From the NCBI GenBank assembly GCA_963678315.1, contig OY782781.1, forward strand, positions 1,696,001 through 1,760,000: DNA of 64,000 nt, given 5' to 3'. Numbering within the stretch: the stretch's first letter is position 1; each line of letters begins with the position of its first letter. This DNA comes from Candidatus Cloacimonadales bacterium. GTDB lineage: Bacteria > Cloacimonadota > Cloacimonadia > Cloacimonadales > JAFGVF01. A program made the position numbers and the translations under genes. This document shows, piece after piece, positions 27,469-36,887 of the stretch. The notes beneath the pieces were generated by a model. That model saw only the letters and a program-made list of their open reading frames with translations. It searched no databases and was not told where the DNA came from.

Positions 27469-28863
27469 CAATGTCATTAAGTTAAGATTTGACTAAAATA
27501 ATTAACTATAAAAACTATGTAATAAATGAATAATTAGGGTCATAATGAAAAAAAAATATTGAAATTAATAAGTTATGTGTTAGGTTTAGATTCAACTGTA
27601 AATAAATATAAAATAGGAGAAAAGTCTTTCTTGAGAAAACGTAAATTTAGCTTTAAATCATTAGCAATACTCGTTCTTATGAAAAGTGTAAAATCACTTC
27701 AGATTAGACTTAATGAGTTCTTTGATAGATTTGTAGAAGGCTGCGAAACAGTAAGTTCAAGTGCTTTTACTCAAGCACGTCGAAAATTTTCTTACAAACT
27801 ATTTGTAGACTTAAATAAAGATATAATTGTAAAAGAGTTTTATAATGATAAAAGTTATAAAAGGTATAAGGGTTTCCGATTAATAGCCATAGATGGTACA
27901 CGCGTCTCAGTTCCAGATAACCAAGAAACTAGAGAATATTTTAATACAATTCCTACCCAGACTCCAAGTGGAAAAGTTGGTGAGCACGTAAGAGCAATAG
28001 CCTCAGTAGCATATGACGTTATGAATAATATAGTAATCGATTCCACAATTACACACTCAAGAGAATCAGAAAGAGCTCTTGCCATAAATCATTTAAAACA
28101 TCTCGGTAAAGAAGATCTTGTAATTTTAGATAGAGGTTATCCATCTTATGAACTTGTAAGTGATTGCTATGATAAAGGAATAAATTTTTTAATCAGGTGT
28201 GGTACCTCTTGGATAAAAGAAATATCTTTGATGAAGAACAGTAATAAAGAGAGTGAAATTATTACTCTAAAGAGATCTAGACTTAGAGTACAAAAGAATA
28301 AGACTAACCTTACAGATGAGATACAGTTAAGATTAGTAAAAGTTATTTTAGATTCTGGTGAAGTTGAGATACTAGCGACATCTTTGTTAGATGAAGAACT
28401 TTATCCTACAGAAGAGTTTAAACGTTTATATTGGCAAAGATGGGGAGTCGAAACATTTTATGGCGTTATTAAGGGACGTTTATCTTTAGAAAACTTTACA
28501 GGTAAATCAGTTGAATCAATAAAGCAAGATTTTTATTCAACTATTTTTCTATCTAATCTAGAAACAATACTTACCGAAGATGCTGAGAATGAATTAAAAA
28601 AGAGAAGCCAAAACAATAAATATAAACAGAAAGTAAATAAAGCTATCTCATTTAATGCTATAAAAGACAATCTTTTTTATTTATTATGCACAGAAAGTGA
28701 TATAGATAAACTGATTATTAAATTAAATAAAATATTTATACAAACACCTGTTCCAATAAGACCTAATAGAAAATTTGAACGGTCGAAAGGTAAAGCATAT
28801 CAATGGCTTTGCTTTTGGAAGAGGAATAAGAAAAATGTATATTAGCTTAACTTAATGACATTG
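27469..28863 (+). mobile_element. IS4-family insertion sequence (1395 bp)
   Basis: Perfect 18-bp TIRs CAATGTCATTAAGTTAAG / CTTAACTTAATGACATTG; 11-bp TSD GGACTAGTGGA at 27458-27468 and 28864-28874. Confidence 0.93.
27559..28845 (+). CDS. IS4-family DDE transposase
   Basis: SAFTQARRK, AIDGT, LDRGY and YWQRWGVETFYGVIK (YREK motif); start codon uncertain. Confidence 0.92.
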   Translation: MKLISYVLGLDSTVNKYKIGEKSFLRKRKFSFKSLAILVLMKSVKSLQIRLNEFFDRFVEGCETVSSSAFTQARRKFSYKLFVDLNKDIIVKEFYNDKSYKRYKGFRLIAIDGTRVSVPDNQETREYFNTIPTQTPSGKVGEHVRAIASVAYDVMNNIVIDSTITHSRESERALAINHLKHLGKEDLVILDRGYPSYELVSDCYDKGINFLIRCGTSWIKEISLMKNSNKESEIITLKRSRLRVQKNKTNLTDEIQLRLVKVILDSGEVEILATSLLDEELYPTEEFKRLYWQRWGVETFYGVIKGRLSLENFTGKSVESIKQDFYSTIFLSNLETILTEDAENELKKRSQNNKYKQKVNKAISFNAIKDNLFYLLCTESDIDKLIIKLNKIFIQTPVPIRPNRKFERSKGKAYQWLCFWKRNKKNVY

Positions 28864-28885
28864 GGACTAGTGGATATGGTTGCAA

Positions 28886-29501
28886 ACTGGGATTGCAAGC
28901 ATCCTTGCTTGCGAAGGTATGTTAGGATTGTAGCCATCCCTGGCTACGAAAAGATTTGCGTAAGCATGAACAAAGTTCAGCCTATCGGCGGATGCTTACA
29001 CTCCGATGGTTAAACTGGGATTGTAAGCAACAGTCTAGCCTGACACGGTCCCTACATGCGAAAGACCATTCTCAATTCTGGATACTTCTGAGTTGTGGTA
29101 AAAATCTATGTCGTCCCTTTGGGACTCAAATCATTTATGTCATTGTACATGGGGTACAAGACCCCATGCTAATACATGTCGTCCCTTTGGGACTAATACC
29201 CCAACGGGGTAAATTATCCAAAGCCCATGATTTCAATCATGGGTAGCAATAGATCCCAATATTACTAGTCCTAGAGGGACTTCTTTATCATATATATAAC
29301 TACCCAACATCAGAAAAGTACTTTCAGCACTATCTCAACAATTATATGCTCTTACCTAGCTTTAAAAAGCTAGGCTTTGGACAATTAATCCTTTCAGGAT
29401 AACATCTGAAACCCTTGCCTTTAGTCCGGCTGCATGCAAGCATGATTGAAGATGCGCATTCAGAAAGGACTGTGATCGGCGAAGACGATTGAATGCACTC
29501 C
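28886..29501 (+). repeat. Mosaic REP cluster joining parts of the 281-bp and 264-bp units
   Basis: Contains GGATTGTAGCCATCCCTGGCTAC..ATGCTTACACTCC, GTCCCTTTGGGAC twice, CCCCAACGGGG..CCCATGATTTCAATCATGGG and CCTAGCTTTAAAAAGCTAGG. Confidence 0.9.
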
Positions 29502-29599
29502 ATTTTTTAATTAATCTTTACAGGGAAAATAAGATAAAATTAAAATTGTTCTTGACATAATTGTTGAAGTGATAAAACTAACATAAATTAAAGATATTA

Positions 29600-29732
29600 G
29601 ATTATCTACCTAGCGATTCTGCCCTTTTACAGATATTGGATAGGTTAATTAAGTTTTAGAAATATTAAGAAGAAACTTTATAATATATTAACAAAGAAGG
29701 GCGGATAGTAAAATATCCGCCCTTTTTATTTT
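29600..29732 (+). promoter_or_regulatory. Attenuator-type leader of infC-rpmI-rplT (putative L20 leader)
   Basis: Terminator AAGGGCGGATA-GTAAAA-TATCCGCCCTT-TTT at 29697-29727; upstream TTCTGCCCTT can pair with its 5' arm; TTGACA at 29552. Confidence 0.6.
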
Positions 29733-29762
29733 AGAAGATAACTCAAAAAATGGAGGTTTCTT

Positions 29763-30383
29763 ATAATAAGGATAAGAAAAGGTAAGGCTAAGACAAAAGA
29801 AGTCGTACCAAAAGAGAACATTAATGAACATATTAGAGCTAGAGAAGTTAGACTAATTGGTTCAGACGGGAATCAAGTTGGAGTAGTCTCTATTAATAGA
29901 GCTAGAGAGATTGCTGAACAAAGTGGAATGGATTTGGTAGAAATATCACCAAATGCAAAACCACCTGTATGTAAGGTAATGGATTTTAGCAAATACTATT
30001 ATCAAAAAGAACGTAAAGCACGTGATGCAAGAAAGAATAGACATGAAGTTCAGGTTAAAGAAGTTAAATTTGGACCAAACACAGAAGAACATGACTATTT
30101 GTTTAAGAAAAAGAATGCTTTAAAATTCTTATTACAACATCACAAAGTAAAGTTTACTGTAAGATTTAGAGGCCGACAAATGGCTCATAAAGATATTGGT
30201 CAAGACCTTTTAGAAAAATTATCTAAAGAGTTAAAGCCTTTAGTTGATGTCGATCAACCAATAAGAGCAGAGCATAGAATTATGTCAGTAGTCGTTTCTC
30301 CAAAGAAAGATATTGAAGCAATAGCTAAAGATTATAATGAATTCGGTGAAAAAATAGAAACTGAATCAGAAACAGAAGAATAA
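29763..30383 (+). CDS. infC: Translation initiation factor IF-3, non-AUG (ATA) start
   Basis: Frame open upstream of the ORF-track ATG, encoding INEHIRAREVRLIGSDG; GGAGG at 29752-29756 followed by in-frame ATA at 29763 and 29766; PPVCKVMD, FRGRQ. Confidence 0.93.
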   Translation: MIRIRKGKAKTKEVVPKENINEHIRAREVRLIGSDGNQVGVVSINRAREIAEQSGMDLVEISPNAKPPVCKVMDFSKYYYQKERKARDARKNRHEVQVKEVKFGPNTEEHDYLFKKKNALKFLLQHHKVKFTVRFRGRQMAHKDIGQDLLEKLSKELKPLVDVDQPIRAEHRIMSVVVSPKKDIEAIAKDYNEFGEKIETESETEE

Positions 30384-30414
30384 ATAAAAAGATTAAATTA
30401 TAGATGGAGGAATA

Positions 30415-30612
30415 ATGCCAAAAATCAAAACTCATAGAGCTGCGGCTAAAAGATTTAAGGTTACTAGTAAAGGTAAGATTAAAAGACATCATGCTAAATC
30501 AGCTCACATCAAAACAAAGAAAAGTCCTAAGTTAAAAAGACATTTAAGAGATTCTGCTATTGTAACAAAAGCGGATACACCAAGAGTAAAAAAGATGCTC
30601 GCTGGATTATAG
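30415..30612 (+). CDS. rpmI: 50S ribosomal protein L35
   Basis: [15 protein letters not shown]; position between infC and rplT. Confidence 0.96.
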   Translation: MPKIKTHRAAAKRFKVTSKGKIKRHHAKSAHIKTKKSPKLKRHLRDSAIVTKADTPRVKKMLAGL

Positions 30613-30630
30613 AGAAAAAGGAGACAGAAC

Positions 30631-30990
30631 ATGGCAAGATCTAAAAATTTAGTAGCATCACGTGCTAGAAAGAAAGCGAAACTTAAATTAGCGAAAGGGT
30701 ATAGAGGCTCCAGACATAGACTATATAGAATTGCAGCTCAATCAGTAGAAAAAGGTTGGGGTTACGCATATAGAGATAGAAAACAAAAGAAAAGAAATTT
30801 CAGAAGATTATGGATCACTCGTATCAATGCTGCTTGTAGAGCTGAAGGTATTTCATATAGCAAATTCATTAATGCATTACACAAAGCTGAAATCAATGTT
30901 AACAGAAAAGTGTTAGCTAACTTAGCATGGCATGACCAAGAAGCTTTTGCACAATTAGTTGAGATTGCGAAGAAGAACTTGGAAGCATAA
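30631..30990 (+). CDS. rplT: 50S ribosomal protein L20
   Basis: [35 protein letters not shown]. Confidence 0.97.
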   Translation: MARSKNLVASRARKKAKLKLAKGYRGSRHRLYRIAAQSVEKGWGYAYRDRKQKKRNFRRLWITRINAACRAEGISYSKFINALHKAEINVNRKVLANLAWHDQEAFAQLVEIAKKNLEA

Positions 30991-32013
30991 ATGAAACAAA
31001 AACTTGAGCAGATAATAAAAAAAGCTGAAGAGGAATTAGACAAAGTTGTAAAGAAACATGATTTATTAAATCTTAAATCTCATTTAGTGGGAAAGAAGAG
31101 TGAAATCAATGCTTTGATGCAACAAATGAAAGATATTCCAAAAGAACAGCGCCGAGAAGTTGGACAACTTATAAACAAGTCTAAGAATTATCTGCAGGAT
31201 TTGATTGATAAAAGACATAAAATTATCGATGAAATTATATATAAAGAACAGATAGAATCTTCCCGCATAGATTTAACTATGCCGGGAAGAAGAACTGTTC
31301 AAGGTGGACTACATCCTCTTACAAAGATATGGAGAGAGATAGAGGACACCTTTATTAGTATGGGCTTTGAAATAGCCGACGGGTTTGATGTAGAAAACGA
31401 ATTTCATAATTTTGATGCTTTAAATACTCCTGCAGACCATCCATCTCGTAATTTAGCAGATACATTTTATATACAAGACAATATATTATTAAGAACCCAA
31501 ACTTCTACAGTTCAAATAAGAACTATGGAATCACATCAACCTCCAATAAAGATTATTGCGCCAGGTAGATGTTATCGTAATGATAAAATGGATGCGTCTC
31601 ATTCTCCAGTTTTCCACCAAGTAGAGGCATTGGTTGTAGATGAAAACACAACTTTTGCAGACTTAAAAGATACTTTAAACATATTTGTTAAACTTATGTT
31701 TGGTGACAATATAAAATCACGTATTAGACCTCACTTTTTCCCATTTACAGAACCAAGTGCAGAGATAGATATCTCATGTGTTAACTGTGGGGGAGAAGGC
31801 TGTAGAATTTGTTCTGGTTCTGGTTGGTTAGAAATGGGTGGTGCTGGAATGGTTGACCCAGCAGTTTTAGAAAAAGTTGGAATAGATTCTGAAAAGTATA
31901 CAGGTTTTGCTTTCGGTTTAGGTATTGATAGAATTACTATGCTGAAATACAATATTCCTGATATTAGAATATTGTTTGAAAACGATATTAGATTCTTGAA
32001 ACAATATAGATAA
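30991..32013 (+). CDS. pheS: Phenylalanine--tRNA ligase alpha subunit
   Basis: NFDALN.P.DHP, LLRTQTS, FHQVE, FPFTEPS, GFAFGLG. Confidence 0.97.
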   Translation: MKQKLEQIIKKAEEELDKVVKKHDLLNLKSHLVGKKSEINALMQQMKDIPKEQRREVGQLINKSKNYLQDLIDKRHKIIDEIIYKEQIESSRIDLTMPGRRTVQGGLHPLTKIWREIEDTFISMGFEIADGFDVENEFHNFDALNTPADHPSRNLADTFYIQDNILLRTQTSTVQIRTMESHQPPIKIIAPGRCYRNDKMDASHSPVFHQVEALVVDENTTFADLKDTLNIFVKLMFGDNIKSRIRPHFFPFTEPSAEIDISCVNCGGEGCRICSGSGWLEMGGAGMVDPAVLEKVGIDSEKYTGFAFGLGIDRITMLKYNIPDIRILFENDIRFLKQYR

Positions 32014-32027
32014 TAACTGAGGGAATA

Positions 32028-34436
32028 ATGAAAATAAGTTATAATTGGTTAAAAGATTATATTAACATAGATGTTGATCCAAAGACTTTAGAAGACCATT
32101 TGACATTTGCTGGTATAGAAGTTGAATCTATCGAAAAAATGGGACAAGAACTAAGTCAATTTGTGGTTGGAAAAGTTCTTTCAGCTGAGAAAATTGAGGG
32201 TTCTGACCATTTACAAAAATGTCAAGTAGATGCAGGTACAGGTGAAGTATTACCTGTTGTTTGTGGAGCTCCAAATTGTAGAAAAGATTTAAAGATTGCT
32301 TTTGCCCCAGTTGGAACAATTATTGGTGGCGAGTTTAAGATAAAAAAAGCAAAGCTCAAGGGTAATCCATCTCACGGAATGATTTGTTCTGAAAAAGAAC
32401 TAGGTTTATCTGAAGAACATGACGGTATCATGGAATTAGCTGATGATGCTGTAATTGGTACAGACTTAGCAACATATTTTGGCTATAATGACATTGTTTA
32501 TGATGTAGAAATTACTCCTAATAGACCAGATTTACTCGGTATGTTTGGGGTTGCTAGAGATTTATCAGCTCTATATAACATTGATTTCAAAATGCCAGAA
32601 TTACATGACCATGATAGTCAGGGAAAGATTGAGTCAGACTTGTCTTTAGAAAATAATTCAGAGAAATGCAGTCGTTATGTGGCTACAGTAATAAAAGACG
32701 TTGAGATTAAAGAGTCTCCTGAATGGATTAAAAAGAGGCTTTTGTCAGCAGGTTTAAGACCCATTAATAATGTAGTAGATATTACGAACTTTATTTTAAT
32801 GGAAACAGGCCATCCTCTTCATGCTTTTGATTATGACAAACTTGAGGGTAAGGTTATCAAGATAAGAGATGCTAAAGAAGGCGAAGTCTTCCCAGCATTA
32901 GACGGTCAAGAATACAAACTTTCTACAGAGGACTTAGTTATTGCTGACGCTAACAGAGCTGTTGCTTTGGCCGGTGTAATTGGTGGAGCTAATTCTGAAA
33001 TTACTTCTGAGACAAAGAACATAGTTATAGAGGCAGCTTGCTTTAATTATCAAACAGTTCGTAGAACGTCACAAAGACATAAAATATTTACAGATTCTTC
33101 TTATCGTTTTGAAAGAGGAATGTCTAAAGAAACACCTTCATTTGCTACGAAAAGAGCGATAGATTTGATTCTTGAGAACGCAGGTGGAATTCTAATTAGT
33201 GGAAATCTAGATAGTTATCCAAATCCTGATTCTAAAGATAGTTTTGTTGATTTACGTCCAAGCAGGGTTAATAGGCTACTTGGTACTGATATTCCAGTAG
33301 AGGAGATTAAAGCATATTTGTCTGCTTTAGGATTGAAGCTTATTGAAAGTTCTGAAGATAATTTACGCTATCAAGCTCCTAGTTATAGGGGAGACCTTAC
33401 TAGAGAGATTGATTTGATTGAAGAGATTGTTAGACTTCATGGCTATAATAAAATCCCTATCAGACAAAAGCGCCAAAATATAATGAACTTTGATGAGTTC
33501 TATGCTAAGAGAAAAGTTCAAGATATTATGGTTAGTGCTGGTCTATATGAGACCATTAATATAACTCTTTTTGACCCAGAAACTCTGGATAAATTAACCA
33601 TTCCTGAAGATAATCATCGACGTAATCTAGTAGAGTTGATGAATCCGCAAAGCAATTTACTTTCTGCAATGCGTTCTACTTTAATTCCTCATATTATTAC
33701 TACTGCAGAATACAATATTAATAGAGGAAATAAAGACGTTCGGATTTTTGAAATGAACAAAGTAATTACTAAAGATAGTAAAGATATGTCATTTGAAGAA
33801 TTTAATATCGCAGCATTATTAACAGGCAATAGATTTGATAATTATTGGAAGGATAACAAGCAAAAATGTGATTTTTATGATATTAAAGGTATTGCTGAAG
33901 ATATCATGGAATTAAGTAATCTCAAATATAGCTTCAAAGCATCAGATGAAAAATTCTATACTGTAAATCATGCTTTGGATATATATATCAAAAAAGACAA
34001 GATAGGTTCTTTTGGACAAATTGATCCTAAGGTTGCTAAGAGTTTTTCAATTAATACTGTTGAATTAAAGCAGGATGTTTATGTTTTAGATATCAATCTT
34101 TCATTGCTATTTAAATATATGACTTTTGAAGATAGAACTTTTAAAGCAATCCCTGTATTCCCTAACATGCAAAGAGATATCTCTATCTTAGTAGATAAAC
34201 AGATTCAAGTAGAAGACATTGTAAATGCTATATATTCTGTTAATAAAGCAGTTACAAAAAATGTTGAATTGATAGATGAATACCAAGGTAAGAATACTCC
34301 AGAAAACAAACGATCTTTAACTTTTGGAATGACCTTTAATTCTGAGAATAAAACATTGACAGATAAATTTGTTGAACGTTTAATGCAACAAGTTATTAAA
34401 AAACTAGAAAATTCATATAATATTGAAATGAGGTAG
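32028..34436 (+). CDS. pheT: Phenylalanine--tRNA ligase beta subunit
   Basis: MKISYNWL, VVCGAPN, EITPNRPD, RPINNVVDITN, DLIEEIVR. Confidence 0.97.
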   Translation: MKISYNWLKDYINIDVDPKTLEDHLTFAGIEVESIEKMGQELSQFVVGKVLSAEKIEGSDHLQKCQVDAGTGEVLPVVCGAPNCRKDLKIAFAPVGTIIGGEFKIKKAKLKGNPSHGMICSEKELGLSEEHDGIMELADDAVIGTDLATYFGYNDIVYDVEITPNRPDLLGMFGVARDLSALYNIDFKMPELHDHDSQGKIESDLSLENNSEKCSRYVATVIKDVEIKESPEWIKKRLLSAGLRPINNVVDITNFILMETGHPLHAFDYDKLEGKVIKIRDAKEGEVFPALDGQEYKLSTEDLVIADANRAVALAGVIGGANSEITSETKNIVIEAACFNYQTVRRTSQRHKIFTDSSYRFERGMSKETPSFATKRAIDLILENAGGILISGNLDSYPNPDSKDSFVDLRPSRVNRLLGTDIPVEEIKAYLSALGLKLIESSEDNLRYQAPSYRGDLTREIDLIEEIVRLHGYNKIPIRQKRQNIMNFDEFYAKRKVQDIMVSAGLYETINITLFDPETLDKLTIPEDNHRRNLVELMNPQSNLLSAMRSTLIPHIITTAEYNINRGNKDVRIFEMNKVITKDSKDMSFEEFNIAALLTGNRFDNYWKDNKQKCDFYDIKGIAEDIMELSNLKYSFKASDEKFYTVNHALDIYIKKDKIGSFGQIDPKVAKSFSINTVELKQDVYVLDINLSLLFKYMTFEDRTFKAIPVFPNMQRDISILVDKQIQVEDIVNAIYSVNKAVTKNVELIDEYQGKNTPENKRSLTFGMTFNSENKTLTDKFVERLMQQVIKKLENSYNIEMR

Positions 34437-34440
34437 AAAG

Positions 34441-34806
34441 ATGAATAATGCGAACATGAATAATATAAATGCTAAAATTCAAAAATTGATTGAAAAATAT
34501 CATATTTTGGAAGCAGAAAATAAGAACAATTTAGAAACAATTGCTAAGCTTGAAGGTGTAGTAGAAAATCAGCACAACTCAATTAACCAATTAGAAGAAA
34601 ATGTTAAATCTTTAAATAGTAATATCGAAGATAAAGAACTTGCTATTATGGAAAAAGATGATACTATTAATGGTTTAAACGGAAGAGTAGCTGAACTTGA
34701 AACAAAGAAAACAGAATTAGAAAACACTTTAGATGAAATTAAAAATACTGCTACTGAGATTGAAGACAATCTTAGTAACATGTTCCCAGAACTAGATAAT
34801 ATTTAA
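34441..34806 (+). CDS. Coiled-coil protein, ZapB-like by position
   Basis: Continuous heptad pattern; lies between pheT and the zapA-like gene. Confidence 0.6.
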   Translation: MNNANMNNINAKIQKLIEKYHILEAENKNNLETIAKLEGVVENQHNSINQLEENVKSLNSNIEDKELAIMEKDDTINGLNGRVAELETKKTELENTLDEIKNTATEIEDNLSNMFPELDNI

Positions 34807-34808
34807 AA

Positions 34809-35087
34809 GTGGAATCAATGAAACAGGAAGTCCAATTTGATTTAATGGGAAAAAGATTTTCAGTAATTACTGATAACCCCCAAAAATTGGAAAAAACAGT
34901 TAATGTTGTAAAAAAAATATTGAGTGAATCAGCAGTGGAATTTAAACCGCTAGATTTTAATAAGTTCTTATTGTATAATTTATTAAAACTAGCTGAAAAA
35001 TTGATTGATACTCAAGCTGAATTAGCAACGTACAAAAGCCAGTTAGATTTACTTGACAATGATATTGATTCTATTTTAGATACATAA
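34809..35087 (+). CDS. zapA: Cell division protein ZapA-like
   Basis: V.F.LMGKRF.V beta hairpin followed by helices; canonical pheT-zapA-6S-rny context; may start at ATG 34818. Confidence 0.65.
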   Translation: MESMKQEVQFDLMGKRFSVITDNPQKLEKTVNVVKKILSESAVEFKPLDFNKFLLYNLLKLAEKLIDTQAELATYKSQLDLLDNDIDSILDT

Positions 35088-35088
35088 A

Positions 35089-35265
35089 GAGTTTCTTCTG
35101 CAATATTCGTGTTCTATTTTTGTTTAAGAACTACATATTACTAGGGAGTCGAGCCATTGGTGGCACTCAAGCCGGCGTAGTCTCGGATCAGTAAAACTAA
35201 TAAGGTAGATGCCCACCTTGAAAAAGGTTCTAGTATCAAAACCAGACACGGTATTGCGGATTCTC
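35089..35265 (+). ncRNA. ssrS: 6S RNA
   Basis: Closing stem TCTGCAATATTCGTGT / ACACGGTATTGCGGA; inner AGAACT / GGTTCT pairing; CCCACC motif; about 175 nt between zapA and rny. Confidence 0.8.
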
Positions 35266-35330
35266 AACAATTTTCATTTACAAGTGTTGAATTGATCCAA
35301 TTGGATATAATTATAGATAAGCGAGGAAAT

Positions 35331-36887
35331 ATGACTCAAGGTATTATTATTGGTATTTTTGCCGGTATTTTCATAATGGGGATTGTTTATATAATCCTAA
35401 GAAAAAAGACTTTTAGACAAATCAGTGAAACACAATTAATAGCTGATCAAATTATAAAAGAAGCAGAAGAAAAAGCTAGAACTCTTAAAAAAGAAAAGAT
35501 TCTAGAAGGTAAAGAAGAGTGGTTTCAACAAAAGAAAGTATTTGAAGATGAAATCAAAGAACGCCAACGTGAGTTGAGAAAACTTGAAAAAACTTCAAAT
35601 GATCGTCTGGCTTCTCTTGACAAAAGACTAGACTCACTAGAAAGAAAAGAACAAAATCTAATACAATTAGAAAAGAATAATAGAAAACTTGAAGACAATT
35701 TAAACAGACGTTCTGATGAAATTGATGAACTTATTCAAGAACAGAACAATAAATTATCCCAGATAGCAGGATTAACAAGAGAAGAAGCACTTCAAAGATT
35801 GAAAGATGAGCTTTTAAATAAAGCTAAAAGACATATCTCTGGGGAAGTTAGACAAACTATTGAACAAGTTAAAGCTGAAGCAACTACAAAATCTGCCCAT
35901 ATCTTAGCAACTGCTGTTCAAAGAATGGCTGTAGATTATGTTTCTGAAACTACAGTATCAGTTGTATCTTTACCTTCAGATGAAATGAAAGGTAGAATCA
36001 TTGGTAGAGAAGGTAGAAATATCAGATCATTCGAAAAGGCATCAGGTGTTGACTTAATTATTGATGATACTCCAGAAGCAGTTGTATTATCATGCTTCGA
36101 CCCAATAAGAAGAGAAATAGCTAGATTATCTCTGGAAAAACTTATTTCAGATGGAAGAATACATCCAGGAAGAATAGAAGAAGTTATCTCTAAAACAAGA
36201 AAAGAGATGGATGAGCATCTTATGAAAGTTGGTGAAAAAGCATTCTTAGAAGCTAATATTCATAATATCTCACCAAACATTGTTAAACTTCTTGGTAGAT
36301 TAAAATATAGAACTTCTTATGGACAAAATGTTTTACAACACTCAGAAGAAACTGCTTGGATCTGTGGAATTATGGCTGCAGAACTTGGACTTGACCAAGA
36401 GATCGCAAGACGTGCTGGTCTTTTACATGATATAGGTAAAGCAATTGACCATGAATATGATGGTTCTCATGCTGTTATTGGTGCTAATGTTGCAAGAAAA
36501 AATGGTGAAACAAAAATTGTTATTAACGCTATTGAAGCTCACCATGAAGATGTTGCACCAAAATCTGTTTATGCAGTTCTTGTACAAGCTTCAGATGCGA
36601 TTTCAGGTGCTAGACCAGGTGCTAGAAGAGAAATGCTCGAATCTTATATGAAGAGATTAAATAAACTTGAAGAAATTGCTGGCTCAATCGAAGGTGTTAA
36701 TAAATCTTATGCTATCCAGGCAGGTAGAGAATTAAGAATTATTGTTGAACCGTCTTTAGTGAATGACGACAATGCAGCATTTATCTCTCAAGATATTGCA
36801 GAGAAGATAGAGAAAGAAGTTCAATATCCAGGAACAATAAAAGTAACTGTTATAAGAGAAACTCGCCAAATAGCTGTTGCTAAATAA
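35331..36887 (+). CDS. rny: Ribonuclease Y
   Basis: N-terminal TM helix, coiled coil, KH motif KGRIIGREGRNIR, HD motif LLHDIGK; start at ATG 35331 after GAGG. Confidence 0.96.
   Translation: MTQGIIIGIFAGIFIMGIVYIILRKKTFRQISETQLIADQIIKEAEEKARTLKKEKILEGKEEWFQQKKVFEDEIKERQRELRKLEKTSNDRLASLDKRLDSLERKEQNLIQLEKNNRKLEDNLNRRSDEIDELIQEQNNKLSQIAGLTREEALQRLKDELLNKAKRHISGEVRQTIEQVKAEATTKSAHILATAVQRMAVDYVSETTVSVVSLPSDEMKGRIIGREGRNIRSFEKASGVDLIIDDTPEAVVLSCFDPIRREIARLSLEKLISDGRIHPGRIEEVISKTRKEMDEHLMKVGEKAFLEANIHNISPNIVKLLGRLKYRTSYGQNVLQHSEETAWICGIMAAELGLDQEIARRAGLLHDIGKAIDHEYDGSHAVIGANVARKNGETKIVINAIEAHHEDVAPKSVYAVLVQASDAISGARPGARREMLESYMKRLNKLEEIAGSIEGVNKSYAIQAGRELRIIVEPSLVNDDNAAFISQDIAEKIEKEVQYPGTIKVTVIRETRQIAVAK

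Noticed and set aside
28956..29246. 96-aa ORF
   Set aside because: Lies entirely within REP modules, has a TTG start without RBS and no protein-like features
14231..29501. Integron with attC sites
   Set aside because: No tyrosine integrase in the window, no GTTRRRY/RYYYAAC-bounded sites recognised, and the cargo genes have their own promoters
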